From the human T2T-CHM13v2.0 reference genome, Homo sapiens: DNA of 64,000 bases. This document shows, piece by piece, positions 63,535-64,000 of the stretch (the first letter of the stretch is position 1; each line of letters begins with the position of its first letter). The DNA lies in NCBI RefSeq assembly GCF_009914755.1, contig NC_060944.1; one strand, 5' to 3'. The translations under genes and the position numbers were made by a program. Below the pieces are notes generated by a model. The model ran no database searches and was not told the DNA's origin. It saw only the letters and a program-made list of their open reading frames with translations.

Positions 63535-64000
63535 GCATTCATTCATGGATTTGTTTGCTTATTCACTCATTCATTCAATGAAGGGAAGACCTACTATGTG
63601 CAAGGCACTCTTCCTGCCACTAGAGACACGGCAATAAACAGGCCATATGAGACCCTGCTATCATGCAACTTGCGAAAAACTATCAGAGGACGAAGACATT
63701 AAACACATAATTACAAAATATTTAACTTTCAAAAGGCAACAACATGGAAGCATCAAACCATGAATTGGGGTACATGACTCAAAAAGAAGGATCAGAAGAG
63801 GTTCCTCTGAATAAAGGCTGTCTAAACTGGGCAAATAAAATAAGCTGAAGTTTTATGAGCAAGGAGAGGAAAGAGAATGTCCCTGACTGAGGAAATAGTT
63901 TGGGATTGTAAGCAGAAAGACAGAGAGATGGCTGGGGTGGCTGGAGCTCAGGGCTGGGCAAGATAGTGGGGCCTGGTTGTGCAGGGGCTCATCAGGGCCT
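63535..64000 (-). mobile_element. L2 3' portion, running to the window end
   Basis: (CATT)n tail, 'cctactatgtgcaaggcactcttcc'. Confidence 0.65.

Overview
Eukaryotic, primate (human-like) non-coding genomic DNA. It is GC-moderate and CpG-depleted, and a large share is interspersed repeats: AluJ/AluS SINEs, MIR and L2 relics, L1 (L1PB-type and older L1M), many MaLR/ERV solo LTRs (THE1, MST, MLT1, MLT2, LTR16, MER54, MER66, LTR37-like) and DNA-transposon relics (Tigger2a, MER3, MER5, MER20, MER53, MER81). I see no credible protein-coding exon, tRNA/rRNA, CpG island or CRISPR-like array. The long ORFs come from low-complexity tracts or repeats, and the only recognisable protein sequence is broken L1 ORF2. 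I cannot identify the locus or a host gene. Repeat subfamily names are recalled from consensus sequences, not searched. The most notable features: (1) an L1PB insertion with an apparent ~250-bp 3' transduction; (2) three local duplications of apparently unique DNA (direct 26 kb apart, one copy with a de novo 20-bp minisatellite; inverted ~400 bp apart; direct 677 bp apart); (3) several short fold-back palindromes inside old transposon copies, one a pre-miRNA-sized hairpin; (4) a MER53 hairpin close to miR-1302; (5) several repeat-free AT-rich blocks with Hox/CDX/MEIS/TCF/GATA motif clusters that resemble developmental enhancers. I found no evidence for a novel multi-gene system.
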